A stretch of DNA of 64,000 nucleotides, taken from positions 1-64,000 of the IMG/VR virus record IMGVR_UViG_3300045988_077100. One strand, 5' to 3'. Position numbers and translations under genes: made by a program. The notes under the pieces are model-generated. The model was not told the DNA's origin. It saw only the letters and a list, made by a program, of their open reading frames with translations, and did not search any database. This DNA comes from a virus. Positions 14,667-23,063 of this stretch are shown in pieces (position 1 is the stretch's first letter; each line of letters opens with the position of its first letter).

Positions 14667-14823
14667 GCTGGCGATTCTGCTATTTATTCCCATCTGCCTT
14701 TTCGGGTGGGCCTGTTACGGCATCTGCAAAGACTGGGATAAGGGGGCGCTGGCGTTCCTGACGCTGCTGTTGACCGGTTCGGCCTTCCAGTGCGGTTTTG
14801 CTTTGTGCCAGATGATTTTTTGA
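14659..14823 (+). CDS. small membrane protein (54 aa)
   Basis: Start at MAKLAILLFIPICLFGW. Two hydrophobic segments. Confidence 0.45.
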   Translation: MAKLAILLFIPICLFGWACYGICKDWDKGALAFLTLLLTGSAFQCGFALCQMIF

Positions 14824-14841
14824 ATTAAGGGGGAATTTTTG

Positions 14842-15204
14842 ATGAAGTATGATTTTCGCGTCGGGGACTACGCTGAGACCAAGGATGGCAACCGGGGGTA
14901 TGTCATCAAAAGTGATCTTTTGTGCTACCAAGATATTGTGACGGGGTACATAATTACCGTGAAATTCAGCAATGAGGAAACCATGACGTATGAGTTTACA
15001 GCCAACGATGCGCACCGGCAGTTCAATCGCATTGGGCGTTATGACCTTACAGAGAAAGAAAAGAGTAAGATTGAACCATTCCAAGTCAATCCGTCACTTA
15101 CTGAGTATGCGTCAATTTTTGCAATGAGCGATAAAATCAACGAGCTTGTGGATGCCGTCAATGAACTGCGTATGCGGGATGCAAAGGAGAGTAAGGATGA
15201 TTGA
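14842..15204 (+). CDS. hypothetical protein (120 aa)
   Basis: AAGGGGG RBS before the ATG at 14842. Confidence 0.55.
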   Translation: MKYDFRVGDYAETKDGNRGYVIKSDLLCYQDIVTGYIITVKFSNEETMTYEFTANDAHRQFNRIGRYDLTEKEKSKIEPFQVNPSLTEYASIFAMSDKINELVDAVNELRMRDAKESKDD

Positions 15205-15601
15205 GTACATCAGGGTTGTAAGCAAGCAGCGGCCCGCAAAGCGGGCGTTTGATATGCAGGTGGGGGCACATCTGCGTGTGTATATTGCCGGGAAGATCAC
15301 CGGCGACAAGAACTATCGGGAGAAATTCGCCAAGGCGGAGCAGGCCCTCGCTGCTATGGGCCATTGCGTCCTGAACCCGGCCCATTTGCCCGAAGGTATG
15401 GAGCAGGGCGATTATATGCGCATCTGCCTCGCTATGATCGACTGCGCGGACGGAGTGGTTTTGCTGCCGGACTGGCGTGAGAGCGACGGGGCGCGATTGG
15501 AACGGGCCTACGCCGAGAAAATTGGGAAAGAGGTTGTTGTGGCAGACCAGGGCAGGATCGATGAGTTTTTGGAGAAGATGGAGGGGAAACGAAATGAGTA
15601 A
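15197..15601 (+). CDS. DUF4406-like (nucleoside 2-deoxyribosyltransferase-like) protein
   Basis: VYIAGKITGDKNYREKFAKAEQAL...VLNPA...DGVVLLPDWRESDGARLE matches the pattern as I recall it. AGGAG RBS. Confidence 0.6.
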   Translation: MIEYIRVVSKQRPAKRAFDMQVGAHLRVYIAGKITGDKNYREKFAKAEQALAAMGHCVLNPAHLPEGMEQGDYMRICLAMIDCADGVVLLPDWRESDGARLERAYAEKIGKEVVVADQGRIDEFLEKMEGKRNE

Positions 15602-16202
15602 AGCCGTACTTATCAGCATCCGCCCCAAGTGGGTGGAAAAGATCGCCAACGGCGAAAAGGCCATCGAAGTCAGAAAGACCAAGCCGAAGCTGGAAACGCC
15701 GTTTAAGTGCTACATCTACTGCACGCAGGACAAGCACCTTGCGTTTATGCAGAACCAGACAGGCACAAACCTGATTGCCTGCATGGATGCCACTGCAGCA
15801 ATCCCGGTGGGCGGTGCCATAGGAAACGGCAAGGTCATTGGCGAGTTTACCTGTGACCGGATTTACAAGATTGACAAGGATAGTACGGATTTTCTTTTTA
15901 AGTCCGGGAGGCTATCCGTTTACAAGCAAGCTGCCGAAGAAAAGTGTGGCCTGCGTGTGGCTATGACAGACGATGAGTTGCACGGCTATCTTGGGCATTG
16001 TCAGGGCTACGGCTGGCACATTACCGATCTGCGCATTTATGATATGCCGAAAGAATTGAGCGAGTTCAAGACGCTATGTAGAGTCGATGCCGATTGCTGT
16101 GCCTGCCCTTATTACAATTACACCAAAATGGACTGTGACGGCCGGGTTATCGGTCGCCCGCCCCAAAGCTGGTGCTATGTGGATGACTTGCAAACCAAAT
16201 AA
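15594..16202 (+). CDS. ASCH/PUA-like domain protein
   Basis: MSKAVLISIRPKWVEKIANGEKAIEVRKTKPK is a typical ASCH N-terminus. Start overlaps the upstream stop. Confidence 0.6.
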   Translation: MSKAVLISIRPKWVEKIANGEKAIEVRKTKPKLETPFKCYIYCTQDKHLAFMQNQTGTNLIACMDATAAIPVGGAIGNGKVIGEFTCDRIYKIDKDSTDFLFKSGRLSVYKQAAEEKCGLRVAMTDDELHGYLGHCQGYGWHITDLRIYDMPKELSEFKTLCRVDADCCACPYYNYTKMDCDGRVIGRPPQSWCYVDDLQTK

Positions 16203-16210
16203 TGCAAAAG

Positions 16211-16240
16211 AAAAACCCTCGCTTTTGAAGCGGGGGTTTT
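16211..16240 (+). terminator. rho-independent terminator
   Basis: AAAAACCCTCGC-TTTTGA-AGCGGGGGTTTT. Confidence 0.7.
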
Positions 16241-16358
16241 CCGTTCGTAAAACCGTTCGTAAAATCGAAGATAAAACGCCTTGCGTTTGGTGTTTTTATT
16301 GACGTAATGGAAAATATTTTTACCATTCAAAAATAGCTGAACCCGTTGAAATATAAGG

Positions 16359-16389
16359 AAAACCCCACAATCACAAGGATTGTGGGGTT
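16359..16389 (-). terminator. terminator downstream of the integrase gene
   Basis: CCCCACAATC-ACAAG-GATTGTGGGG hairpin, followed by TTTT on the minus strand. Confidence 0.55.
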
Positions 16390-16416
16390 GGTCCGAGTGG
16401 CGGGAGTCGAACCCGC
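16389..16416 (-). other. tRNA 3'-end fragment (T arm + acceptor 3' strand + CCA), candidate att core
   Basis: Minus strand reads GCGGG-TTCGACT-CCCGC-CACTCGG-A-CCA. The sequence 5' of it is not tRNA-like. Confidence 0.65.
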
Positions 16417-16526
16417 TAATAAATGGCTATAACCGTTGAAAATGAATGGGCGTTTTGCGACGTTCGTAAAATCGTTCGTAAAATGTGAGGTTTGGCGGTG
16501 GGGAACATAGGAAGGGCGGCAAAAAG

Positions 16527-17690
16527 TCAGGCGGGCGCACAAGGCTTTTTTTCGAGGGGATGTTCTGCGTCCGAATCGGGGTCATGGCCTCGGTTTTTGT
16601 AAAACCGCTCCATTTTGTTTTCGGCGTTGAGCCGATCTTCTTTGGCAAGTTTTAGGTAAATCTTGTGAACGGTGTTGTGGTCGCTCCATCCGCCGATTTC
16701 TTGCACCTCCAATTCGCTAAGCCCCAGATGGAAACCGAGGGAGGCAAAGGAGCGGCGAAGTCCGTGAACACCGCACTCAGGAAGGTCATTCTTTTTGCAG
16801 ATCAGGTTAATGCCGCCGCGCAAAGAATTTTCAGTACAATCCAGAATGGGAAGGCCGGCACTTTTCCTCTGTGAAAGCAGGTCATAAAGGGCGGGGATCA
16901 TAATTTGGATCGTGCGTTGAGACGAAACGTTTTTGTTAGTCTTTTTATACACAAAGTCTCCGTTTTTATCCATGACCCGTGCGCCCTGAATTTTGATCCG
17001 CTTTTTCTTTAAGTCGATGTTTTCCCAAGATAGGCCGAATATTTCAGACCGGCGGAGGCTGTGAAGGGCCAGCAGCGCGCCCACTTCAAACCGGCTGCCG
17101 CTCACAGCGTCCACAAAAACAAGGATCTGCTGGTAGGTCAGCCAGGGAAGGTCTTTTTTTATGCTTTGAGGGAGACGGACTTCCGGCGGAGCGATGTGAT
17201 TATCCCGCATCACGGTGCAAACAAGGCCCCATGAATTATACACTGTTTTAGGGGACAGGGTTTCACTGGCTTCGTCGATCTCCTGCTGCCAATTTGATAT
17301 ATCCTGTATTTTGGCATTGATCTTTCCGGGGAAGCGATTCTTTTTGATACACTCATATCCCCGGATCGTGGATGGAGACAAAGATTGATTTTTTTCCAAA
17401 TAACTGTCGATTGCCTGAAGAAGCGTGAGACTGCATTTTGCGTCCTTTTTAGCTTCCAGAAAGCCGGCGCGGATGGCGCGGGCCTTGGCTTCGCAGAGAG
17501 CGGCGGTATCTTCCGTGATACTTTGCCCTTCGGCCCGCAGTTCGATGTTCCACTTGCCGGACTTCAACTGACGTGGGGAGGGGACTTTGATCTCGTCCTT
17601 CTTTTTGCGCTCCCTAATCTGGCGTTCGCCGCACCACTTGCAGAAGATAGAATCATCATCAATGACACGCTTACAGTTTTTGCATTTCAT
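16527..17690 (-). CDS. int: tyrosine-type site-specific integrase with N-terminal zinc ribbon
   Basis: Start at MKCKNCKRVIDDDSIFCKWCG with GGGAGG RBS. C-terminal catalytic pattern ...HSLRRSE...HGLRRSFASL...GWSDHNTVHKIYLK (R..HxxR..Y). Confidence 0.9.
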   Translation of the reverse strand: MKCKNCKRVIDDDSIFCKWCGERQIRERKKKDEIKVPSPRQLKSGKWNIELRAEGQSITEDTAALCEAKARAIRAGFLEAKKDAKCSLTLLQAIDSYLEKNQSLSPSTIRGYECIKKNRFPGKINAKIQDISNWQQEIDEASETLSPKTVYNSWGLVCTVMRDNHIAPPEVRLPQSIKKDLPWLTYQQILVFVDAVSGSRFEVGALLALHSLRRSEIFGLSWENIDLKKKRIKIQGARVMDKNGDFVYKKTNKNVSSQRTIQIMIPALYDLLSQRKSAGLPILDCTENSLRGGINLICKKNDLPECGVHGLRRSFASLGFHLGLSELEVQEIGGWSDHNTVHKIYLKLAKEDRLNAENKMERFYKNRGHDPDSDAEHPLEKKPCAPA

Positions 17691-17710
17691 GCGCACACCT
17701 CCCGTGTGTA

Positions 17711-18163
17711 TCAGCCGTGGAAGAACCCAAATTCCAGACAGTGCAGATCCAGATAAACGGCGTAAGCCACGACGAAGATCAAAAGGACCAACATCCATCG
17801 CAAAAGACGGTCCCGGTTGCGGATGCCGTGGGACTGACGTTCCACAAATTCCCGGAGAAGTTCGTTCTGGGCGTTCAGGCCGTTGATCTCCTGACGGTAG
17901 ACGTCCAGTTCCCGGCTTACGATCTCCTCAATGGTTTCTGGGGGTGTAGGATCTTCCGCTGGCTCCATTCCCAAAAACTGATCAATGGAAATTCCGAGGA
18001 AAGCGCAGATGGGTCCAAGGGTTTCCAGTGTAGGGGAATGGGTGGTAGCGCGGAACATATTGTTCACCGTGTTGAGAGGAACTCCGCTGCCGTCCGCGAT
18101 TTCCTTGTTTGTGATGTGTTTTTCCTCTTTTGCCGCGCGGCACTGATCAATCAATGACAGCAT
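17711..18163 (-). CDS. XRE-family HTH regulator with C-terminal transmembrane anchor
   Basis: HITNKEIADGSGVPLNTVNNMFR HTH. C-terminal LLRWMLVLLIFVVAYAVYL TM segment. Confidence 0.7.
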   Translation of the reverse strand: MLSLIDQCRAAKEEKHITNKEIADGSGVPLNTVNNMFRATTHSPTLETLGPICAFLGISIDQFLGMEPAEDPTPPETIEEIVSRELDVYRQEINGLNAQNELLREFVERQSHGIRNRDRLLRWMLVLLIFVVAYAVYLDLHCLEFGFFHG

Positions 18164-18576
18164 ACGAAGAGCACCTCCTTGTTGAAAATTGCCAAAATGT
18201 TTAGACTGACAGTAGAAATCGTGTGTATCAACACCGAAATCGTGCGTATTAAGACTTACAAACCTGGAGACTTGATGGTACGATAATAACAGACCTACCG
18301 CACCCCCAAGCAGCAGGTCTTAACGGGCCGCCGCTTTCGTGGCTGGGGCGGCGGCCATCCATCACAGCTTCAGGGGGCAAGGGAGAAAAACGGAACGGAT
18401 GGGGAGAAAGGACTTGTATGTGTAGAAATGGAATCAACAGGAGCAGACCTTCATACCGACGCGGGTCTCCGTAAGGAATTGAAACACCAGATCAAAGGAC
18501 TGTCGGATGAAAGCATGAAAAAGCTGTGGGAAGCTATTCAATGCGGGGTGTTCGGCGCACCGCTGGAAACCGGAAA

Positions 18577-19095
18577 TTAGGTAGTGGGCTTCCCCTGACG
18601 GCTTTTTAAAAACTCAACGTACTGCGCAAGGTCGGCCAGCTGGCCAGCCTCGCAGGAATCGACAAAATCATAGATGGCTTTTGCGTAGCCGCTGCCCGTC
18701 CCGCTTTTGGCGGGGCGGGTATTTTTTTTGGCCTGACGGTCAGCCGCAGCCTCGATGGTTTGAATAAAAGTGAGGTCATGGAGCGATTCCCGCAGGCCGT
18801 CGATCTCCACGGCGATTTCGTCCGCTTCCTCCGCCGTGGCGGTTTTTTGTGCCTTTTCCAGCTCCGCCAAGCGGAAGTTGGCTTCGTCAATCTGGGAATC
18901 AGCGGAGACACCCATCACATATTCAACGGGAACTTCAAAATAATCGGCAATGCGGGAGATGGTGGAACTATCCGGAATTGCCGCTGTTTTTTTCCACTTG
19001 GTCGGCGTAGAGTTGCTGAGGCCCATTTCCGTGGCCGCTTTGGTACAGGAAATGTTTTTGCGCTGACACAGCAGTTTAAATCTGTCATAAAACAT
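18577..19095 (-). CDS. XRE-family CI-like repressor
   Basis: ISCTKAATEMGLSNSTPTKWKK HTH. Divergent from the cro-like gene across an operator-rich region. Confidence 0.75.
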   Translation of the reverse strand: MFYDRFKLLCQRKNISCTKAATEMGLSNSTPTKWKKTAAIPDSSTISRIADYFEVPVEYVMGVSADSQIDEANFRLAELEKAQKTATAEEADEIAVEIDGLRESLHDLTFIQTIEAAADRQAKKNTRPAKSGTGSGYAKAIYDFVDSCEAGQLADLAQYVEFLKSRQGKPTT

Positions 19096-19110
19096 AAGTC
19101 TTGCCCCCTG

Positions 19111-19290
19111 ATTTTGAGCATTATGCCGAAACTAACCAAAATCAGGAAAACGGGTTGACAACCTGACCACAGTCAGGTATCATAAGCGTATAAACTGATT
19201 TTGGTCAGTTAATTTGACGGCGGTGAGGTTAATGGATTTTGCTGGTTTGGTCACTTGCATCATATCATTAAACCTAACCAAAGTCAACAT
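19111..19290. promoter_or_regulatory. immunity-region operators
   Basis: Palindromes ACCTGA-N6-TCAGGT (19161-19178) and AACTGA-N6-TCAGTT (19193-19210), plus related half-sites TGACCAAA/TTTGGTCA. Confidence 0.6.
19155..19183 (+). promoter_or_regulatory. early rightward promoter
   Basis: TTGACA, 17-nt spacer, TATCAT. The spacer is itself an operator palindrome. Confidence 0.65.
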
Positions 19291-19314
19291 TTTTAATGAA
19301 GGAGGTTAGATTTG

Positions 19315-19527
19315 ATGCCTGCAAAATGGACCGGCGAGTTGGTGGGGGAGATCCACAACGCCGGATTGACGATCAAAGAGGTTGCGGAAGCAGCTGGAAT
19401 GAACCCCAAGTACATCAGCACCGTGCTCAACAGCGACGGCGACGCTCCAAAGGCAGAAGCGAAACTGCGGGCGGCGTTGGCTCGGCTGACCGGGAAAGCT
19501 GCACCGGAGGATGCTGACGAAGCGTGA
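19315..19527 (+). CDS. Cro-like small HTH protein
   Basis: ATG at 19315, 9 nt after GGAGG. LTIKEVAEAAGMNPKYISTVLN HTH. Confidence 0.6.
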   Translation: MPAKWTGELVGEIHNAGLTIKEVAEAAGMNPKYISTVLNSDGDAPKAEAKLRAALARLTGKAAPEDADEA

Positions 19528-19552
19528 CAAAAAACGAAAAGGGGAAATGTGA

Positions 19553-20296
19553 ATGAACGAGCTTATTAAAGTAACCTACGACAATGACCGGCCTGCTGTC
19601 TCTGCCAGAGATTTGCACGAATTTCTGGAAGTTGGGTCTGAGTATTCTCACTGGTTCAAAAGAATGTGTGAGTACGGTTTTACAGAGGGACAGGACTATT
19701 CGCCATTTTTGACGAATAGGGTGGATGGCCTTTCAGGGAAGCCGAGACAAGATGCAATTTTAACCATCGACATGGCAAAGGAACTGTGTATGCTCCAGCG
19801 GAATGAAAAGGGCAAGCAGGCCCGTCAGTATTTCATTCAACTGGAAAAGGACTGGAACAGTCCGGAGAAAGTGATGGCCCGTGCCTTGCAGATCGCCAAC
19901 AAGAAACTGCAAGTGCTGGAAGCCAAGGCGGAAGAGAACCGGCCTAAAGTGCTGTTTGCGGACAGCGTGGCGGCATCCAACACCTCTATCCTTGTTGGGG
20001 AGTTGGCAAAGCTGCTCCGGCAGAACGGCGTGGACATTGGAGGGACGAGATTGTTCCGCTGGATGCGGGAAAACGGGTATCTCATTAGACGCTCCGGTTC
20101 GGACTACAATATGCCCACGCAGCGGAGTATGGAGATGGGCCTTTTCACTATCAAGGAAACGGCGATCACCCATGCGGACGGGACGGTGACGGTGAGCAAG
20201 ACCGTTAAGGTAACGCCAAAAGCACAGATTTATTTTGTGAACAAGTTTCTTGGAGAAAAAACTGTGAAACCAGAGGGGGTAAACCATGGGAGATGA
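19553..20296 (+). CDS. phage antirepressor (AntA/KilAC-type)
   Basis: N-terminus VSARDLHEFLEV.SEYSHWFKRM... and C-terminus ILVGELAKLLRQNGVDIGGTRLFRWMRENGYL are typical of the Bro-N/ANT and KilAC domains. Confidence 0.85.
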   Translation: MNELIKVTYDNDRPAVSARDLHEFLEVGSEYSHWFKRMCEYGFTEGQDYSPFLTNRVDGLSGKPRQDAILTIDMAKELCMLQRNEKGKQARQYFIQLEKDWNSPEKVMARALQIANKKLQVLEAKAEENRPKVLFADSVAASNTSILVGELAKLLRQNGVDIGGTRLFRWMRENGYLIRRSGSDYNMPTQRSMEMGLFTIKETAITHADGTVTVSKTVKVTPKAQIYFVNKFLGEKTVKPEGVNHGR

Positions 20297-20567
20297 GGAT
20301 ATAAACGTTTTTTGGAGTTCTGCGTTTGATGGGTTGACCTTGGAACAGCAGTTTGCAAAGTTTGGCAAGGTTGCAAGTAAGTTGGCAGATGCGTCCACTT
20401 TTGCTCGAATTGGGGAATATGACTCGGCAGAAGAGATTCTGATTGAAGCCACATGTGAGATTTCAGCCCTAAAGTGTAACCCCTTGTTGGAGTTGGCGAT
20501 TGCGGTTCGCAACTATATAACTGGACTTAGGAGTGGAACCAATCAGCCTGATTCAGTTGATTACTAA
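20286..20567 (+). CDS. hypothetical protein (93 aa)
   Basis: ORF track entry. Visibly lower GC than its neighbours. Confidence 0.45.
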   Translation: MGDEDINVFWSSAFDGLTLEQQFAKFGKVASKLADASTFARIGEYDSAEEILIEATCEISALKCNPLLELAIAVRNYITGLRSGTNQPDSVDY

Positions 20568-20587
20568 TCACGAAAGGAGGCGGCGGG

Positions 20588-20827
20588 ATGCCGCGTGTAA
20601 AGCTGGGGCGGAAGCCCAATGACGAGGTTTTGATCTCACTGCTGTGGGGCAGACAGGCCGCCATGGGGATGCCGGTGGGCACCATGGCGGAAAAGGCGGG
20701 CATGACGCCGCAGACCCTACGGGCGCGGAAGAAGTCCCCGCAGGACTTTTCGCTGAAGGAACTGCTGAAGCTGGGACGCGCACTGGATATTCCCATTGAG
20801 GAACTGCGGGATGCCATCCGCTATTAA
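20588..20827 (+). CDS. small HTH-like protein (79 aa)
   Basis: AGGAGG RBS. MAEKAGMTPQTLRARKK HTH-like segment. Confidence 0.5.
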   Translation: MPRVKLGRKPNDEVLISLLWGRQAAMGMPVGTMAEKAGMTPQTLRARKKSPQDFSLKELLKLGRALDIPIEELRDAIRY

Positions 20828-20846
20828 CGAAGGGAGCAAGAGGACC

Positions 20847-20981
20847 ATGACACCGACGCATATCAGCGCAAAGACGCTGGAAGCCATTGAAAAGGCGCTG
20901 GCCCACGGAGACCGCGTAGAGCTGATCCCGGTGAAGGACGGCGTGAAGGTGATCCGCATCCGGCGGGACGAGATCAAGTAA
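20847..20981 (+). CDS. small hypothetical protein (44 aa)
   Basis: Start at MTPTHISAK with AGAGGA RBS. Confidence 0.4.
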   Translation: MTPTHISAKTLEAIEKALAHGDRVELIPVKDGVKVIRIRRDEIK

Positions 20982-21007
20982 GCCTATGGGAAAAGTGAAT
21001 GAGATGC

Positions 21008-21086
21008 CTGTCCCTAAGCGTTGGGGCAGAGGAGCAGAGCGTTGCTGACGCCGGAATGACCGGCGTGGGCAGCGCTTTTTGTTTTT
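21008..21086 (+). ncRNA. conserved two-hairpin element, copy A (HP1 with UAAGCGUU loop + terminator hairpin)
   Basis: HP1 CTGTCCC-TAAGCGTT-GGGGCAG. Spacer AGGAGCAG. A 17-bp hairpin with AATGA loop, then TTTTTGTTTTT. Confidence 0.55.
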
Positions 21087-21108
21087 GCTGTAAGGAGACG
21101 GAATTTTG

Positions 21109-21846
21109 ATGAAAACCTTTGAGGAATACAAGGCGGAGGCCGCATGGGAAGCCCACTTGGAAAACGCCCTTCGCGTGGCACGGCGGGAAGCTGCGGAGCG
21201 TAGGCGGAAGGCCATCCGCAGAGCGGTTCTGCTGTGGGTGTCTGTGGCGCTGGTGCTGGCGGTGCTGTGGCTGACACGGGACACCGGGAAGCCGGAGCCG
21301 GAGGCGCCCACCGTAACGGCGGGACGGCTGGCCGGGGACGAGACACCGGCGGCGGAGTACGCTTCGCTGGTTCTCTGGCAGGAGCTGGACCCTGAGACAG
21401 CCCCGCCGGTTCAGGAGGACTACGAGAACGAGAAGATCGAAGCGGCGCTTTACGCCAGCGGGTATTTCCGGGAGGACGTTCCTCTGGACGGAGAACTGCA
21501 AAGCCAGCTTCGGGCGGCCTGTGAGGAAAGCGGCGTGGAGTACACGCTGATGCTGGCCATCATCCGCAAGGAGACCGGCTACCGGAACGTGAAGGGCGAC
21601 GGCGGGGCCAGTTGGGGCTACTGCCAGGTACAACCCCGGTGGCACAAGGCCCGGATGGAGCGTTTGGGGGTCACGGACCTGATGGACCCCTTCGGGAATT
21701 TCCGGGTGGCCTGCGACTACATGGCGGAGCTTTTGAGCCGGTATGACGTGGAGAACGCCCTGACGGCCTACAACAGCGGCCATCCGGGGCACAGCGATTA
21801 TGCCAGAACCGTGATGGGGTATTGGGAGGAACTGAAAAATGGGTGA
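21109..21846 (+). CDS. membrane-anchored lytic transglycosylase (SLT domain)
   Basis: TM segment AVLLWVSVALVLAVLWL. LMLAIIRKETGY...WGYCQVQPRWH...ALTAYNSG is an SLT-like catalytic region. Confidence 0.75.
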   Translation: MKTFEEYKAEAAWEAHLENALRVARREAAERRRKAIRRAVLLWVSVALVLAVLWLTRDTGKPEPEAPTVTAGRLAGDETPAAEYASLVLWQELDPETAPPVQEDYENEKIEAALYASGYFREDVPLDGELQSQLRAACEESGVEYTLMLAIIRKETGYRNVKGDGGASWGYCQVQPRWHKARMERLGVTDLMDPFGNFRVACDYMAELLSRYDVENALTAYNSGHPGHSDYARTVMGYWEELKNG

Positions 21847-22486
21847 GTTGGTACGGCTGACTTTCCCGGACCGGCCGCAATGGCTGGCAGGACGGGGCCG
21901 TGGCATCGGCGGCAGCGAGGCGGCGGCGGCCATTGGGCGAAGCCCATGGAAAACGGCGCTGACGCTGTGGAAGGAGAAAACCGGGACGCAAGCCGCGCCT
22001 GATCTCGGCGGCAACGAGGCCGTGGAGCTGGGGCGGCGAATGGAACCGGCCATCCGGGACTTCTTCATGGCCCAGTATCCCGGCTACGAGCTTTACTACG
22101 GTGCCTATGACATTCTCTACCAGAGCGACCGCCCATGGCTTTTTGCCACGCTGGACGGAGAACTGACGGAGACGGACACCGGACGGAAGGGCATTTTGGA
22201 GATCAAAACCTCGACCGTGAGCCGGGGGATTGACTGGGCGAAATGGCGGGATCAGGTTCCGGAGAACTATTTCACGCAGATCCTTCACCAGCTGCTTGCC
22301 ACCGGGTATGACTTCGCCGTGCTCTATGCGGCGCTCTATGATCTGTCCGGCAACATTACACTGCGCCGCTATGACTTTGAGCGGCGGGAGCACGAGGCGG
22401 ACCTGAAATGGCTGCTGGAACAGGAAACGGCCTTTTGGGACCATGTGGAGGCGGGGACGATGCCCGCCCAGACTTTGATTTTGTAA
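21839..22486 (+). CDS. YqaJ-family viral recombinase exonuclease
   Basis: GIGGSEAAAAIGRSPWKTALTLWKEKTG...ILEIKT... is the lambda-Exo/YqaJ pattern. Confidence 0.85.
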   Translation: MGELVRLTFPDRPQWLAGRGRGIGGSEAAAAIGRSPWKTALTLWKEKTGTQAAPDLGGNEAVELGRRMEPAIRDFFMAQYPGYELYYGAYDILYQSDRPWLFATLDGELTETDTGRKGILEIKTSTVSRGIDWAKWRDQVPENYFTQILHQLLATGYDFAVLYAALYDLSGNITLRRYDFERREHEADLKWLLEQETAFWDHVEAGTMPAQTLIL

Positions 22487-22530
22487 GGCGCACAACTCCG
22501 AAAAATTTAAACATGAAAAGGAGAATTTAT

Positions 22531-22818
22531 ATGGAAAAAGAAGTGTTTCACATCACGGTGAAAAACGTGGAATCCGGGGAGGTTGTGATGGACAGGGACT
22601 CTGCGGCGTTTACCTGCATTGCGGCAAATGAGGAGAATACGCATGTACTCACCTCCCTTAACGGAGATGCCATTCTTGTGGGCAGGCTGTTGTGGCGGGC
22701 GCAGGAGGAGATCGATCGGATTCTCCAGGCGCATCCCGAACTGAAACTTGTTGCGAAGGCCATTGCCGCTTTGGAGGCGGAGGATGCCGATAAGACGGAC
22801 GAGGAGGAGAAAGCATGA
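22531..22818 (+). CDS. hypothetical protein (95 aa)
   Basis: Start at MEKEVFHI with AAGGAG RBS. Confidence 0.5.
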   Translation: MEKEVFHITVKNVESGEVVMDRDSAAFTCIAANEENTHVLTSLNGDAILVGRLLWRAQEEIDRILQAHPELKLVAKAIAALEAEDADKTDEEEKA

Positions 22819-23063
22819 TGCTGGTAAACATTCGCTATTACAAGCCCCTGCACAAGGCATACGCGGGGAACGCATTTACCTACCGGACGGCACTGCCGCT
22901 GACGGTGGGGGACAAGGTGATGGCTCCCACGCAGGGCGGAGACAAGCGGGCCATGGTGGTGGAGGTCAACGTGCCGGAGAGCCGTGTGGACGAGCGGATC
23001 ATGCCGCTGCTGAAGGAGATCACGGCCTATGACACCGGGGAAAAGGAGGACGCGGACGCATGA
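22815..23063 (+). CDS. hypothetical protein (82 aa)
   Basis: ATGA-coupled start. Confidence 0.5.
   Translation: MMLVNIRYYKPLHKAYAGNAFTYRTALPLTVGDKVMAPTQGGDKRAMVVEVNVPESRVDERIMPLLKEITAYDTGEKEDADA

Larger units (their letters stand above)
16242..16483. promoter_or_regulatory. att region with arm-type direct repeats on both sides of the core
   Basis: CGTTCGTAAAA at 16242, 16254, 16461 and 16473. AAC(C)CGTTGAAA at about 16340 and 16431. Confidence 0.5.

Noticed and set aside
18429-18581. 50-aa plus-strand ORF (MESTGADLHTDAGLRKELKHQIKGL...) between the two repressor genes
   Set aside because: It has a weak RBS and overlaps the 3' end of the convergent repressor gene. There is not enough support to call it.
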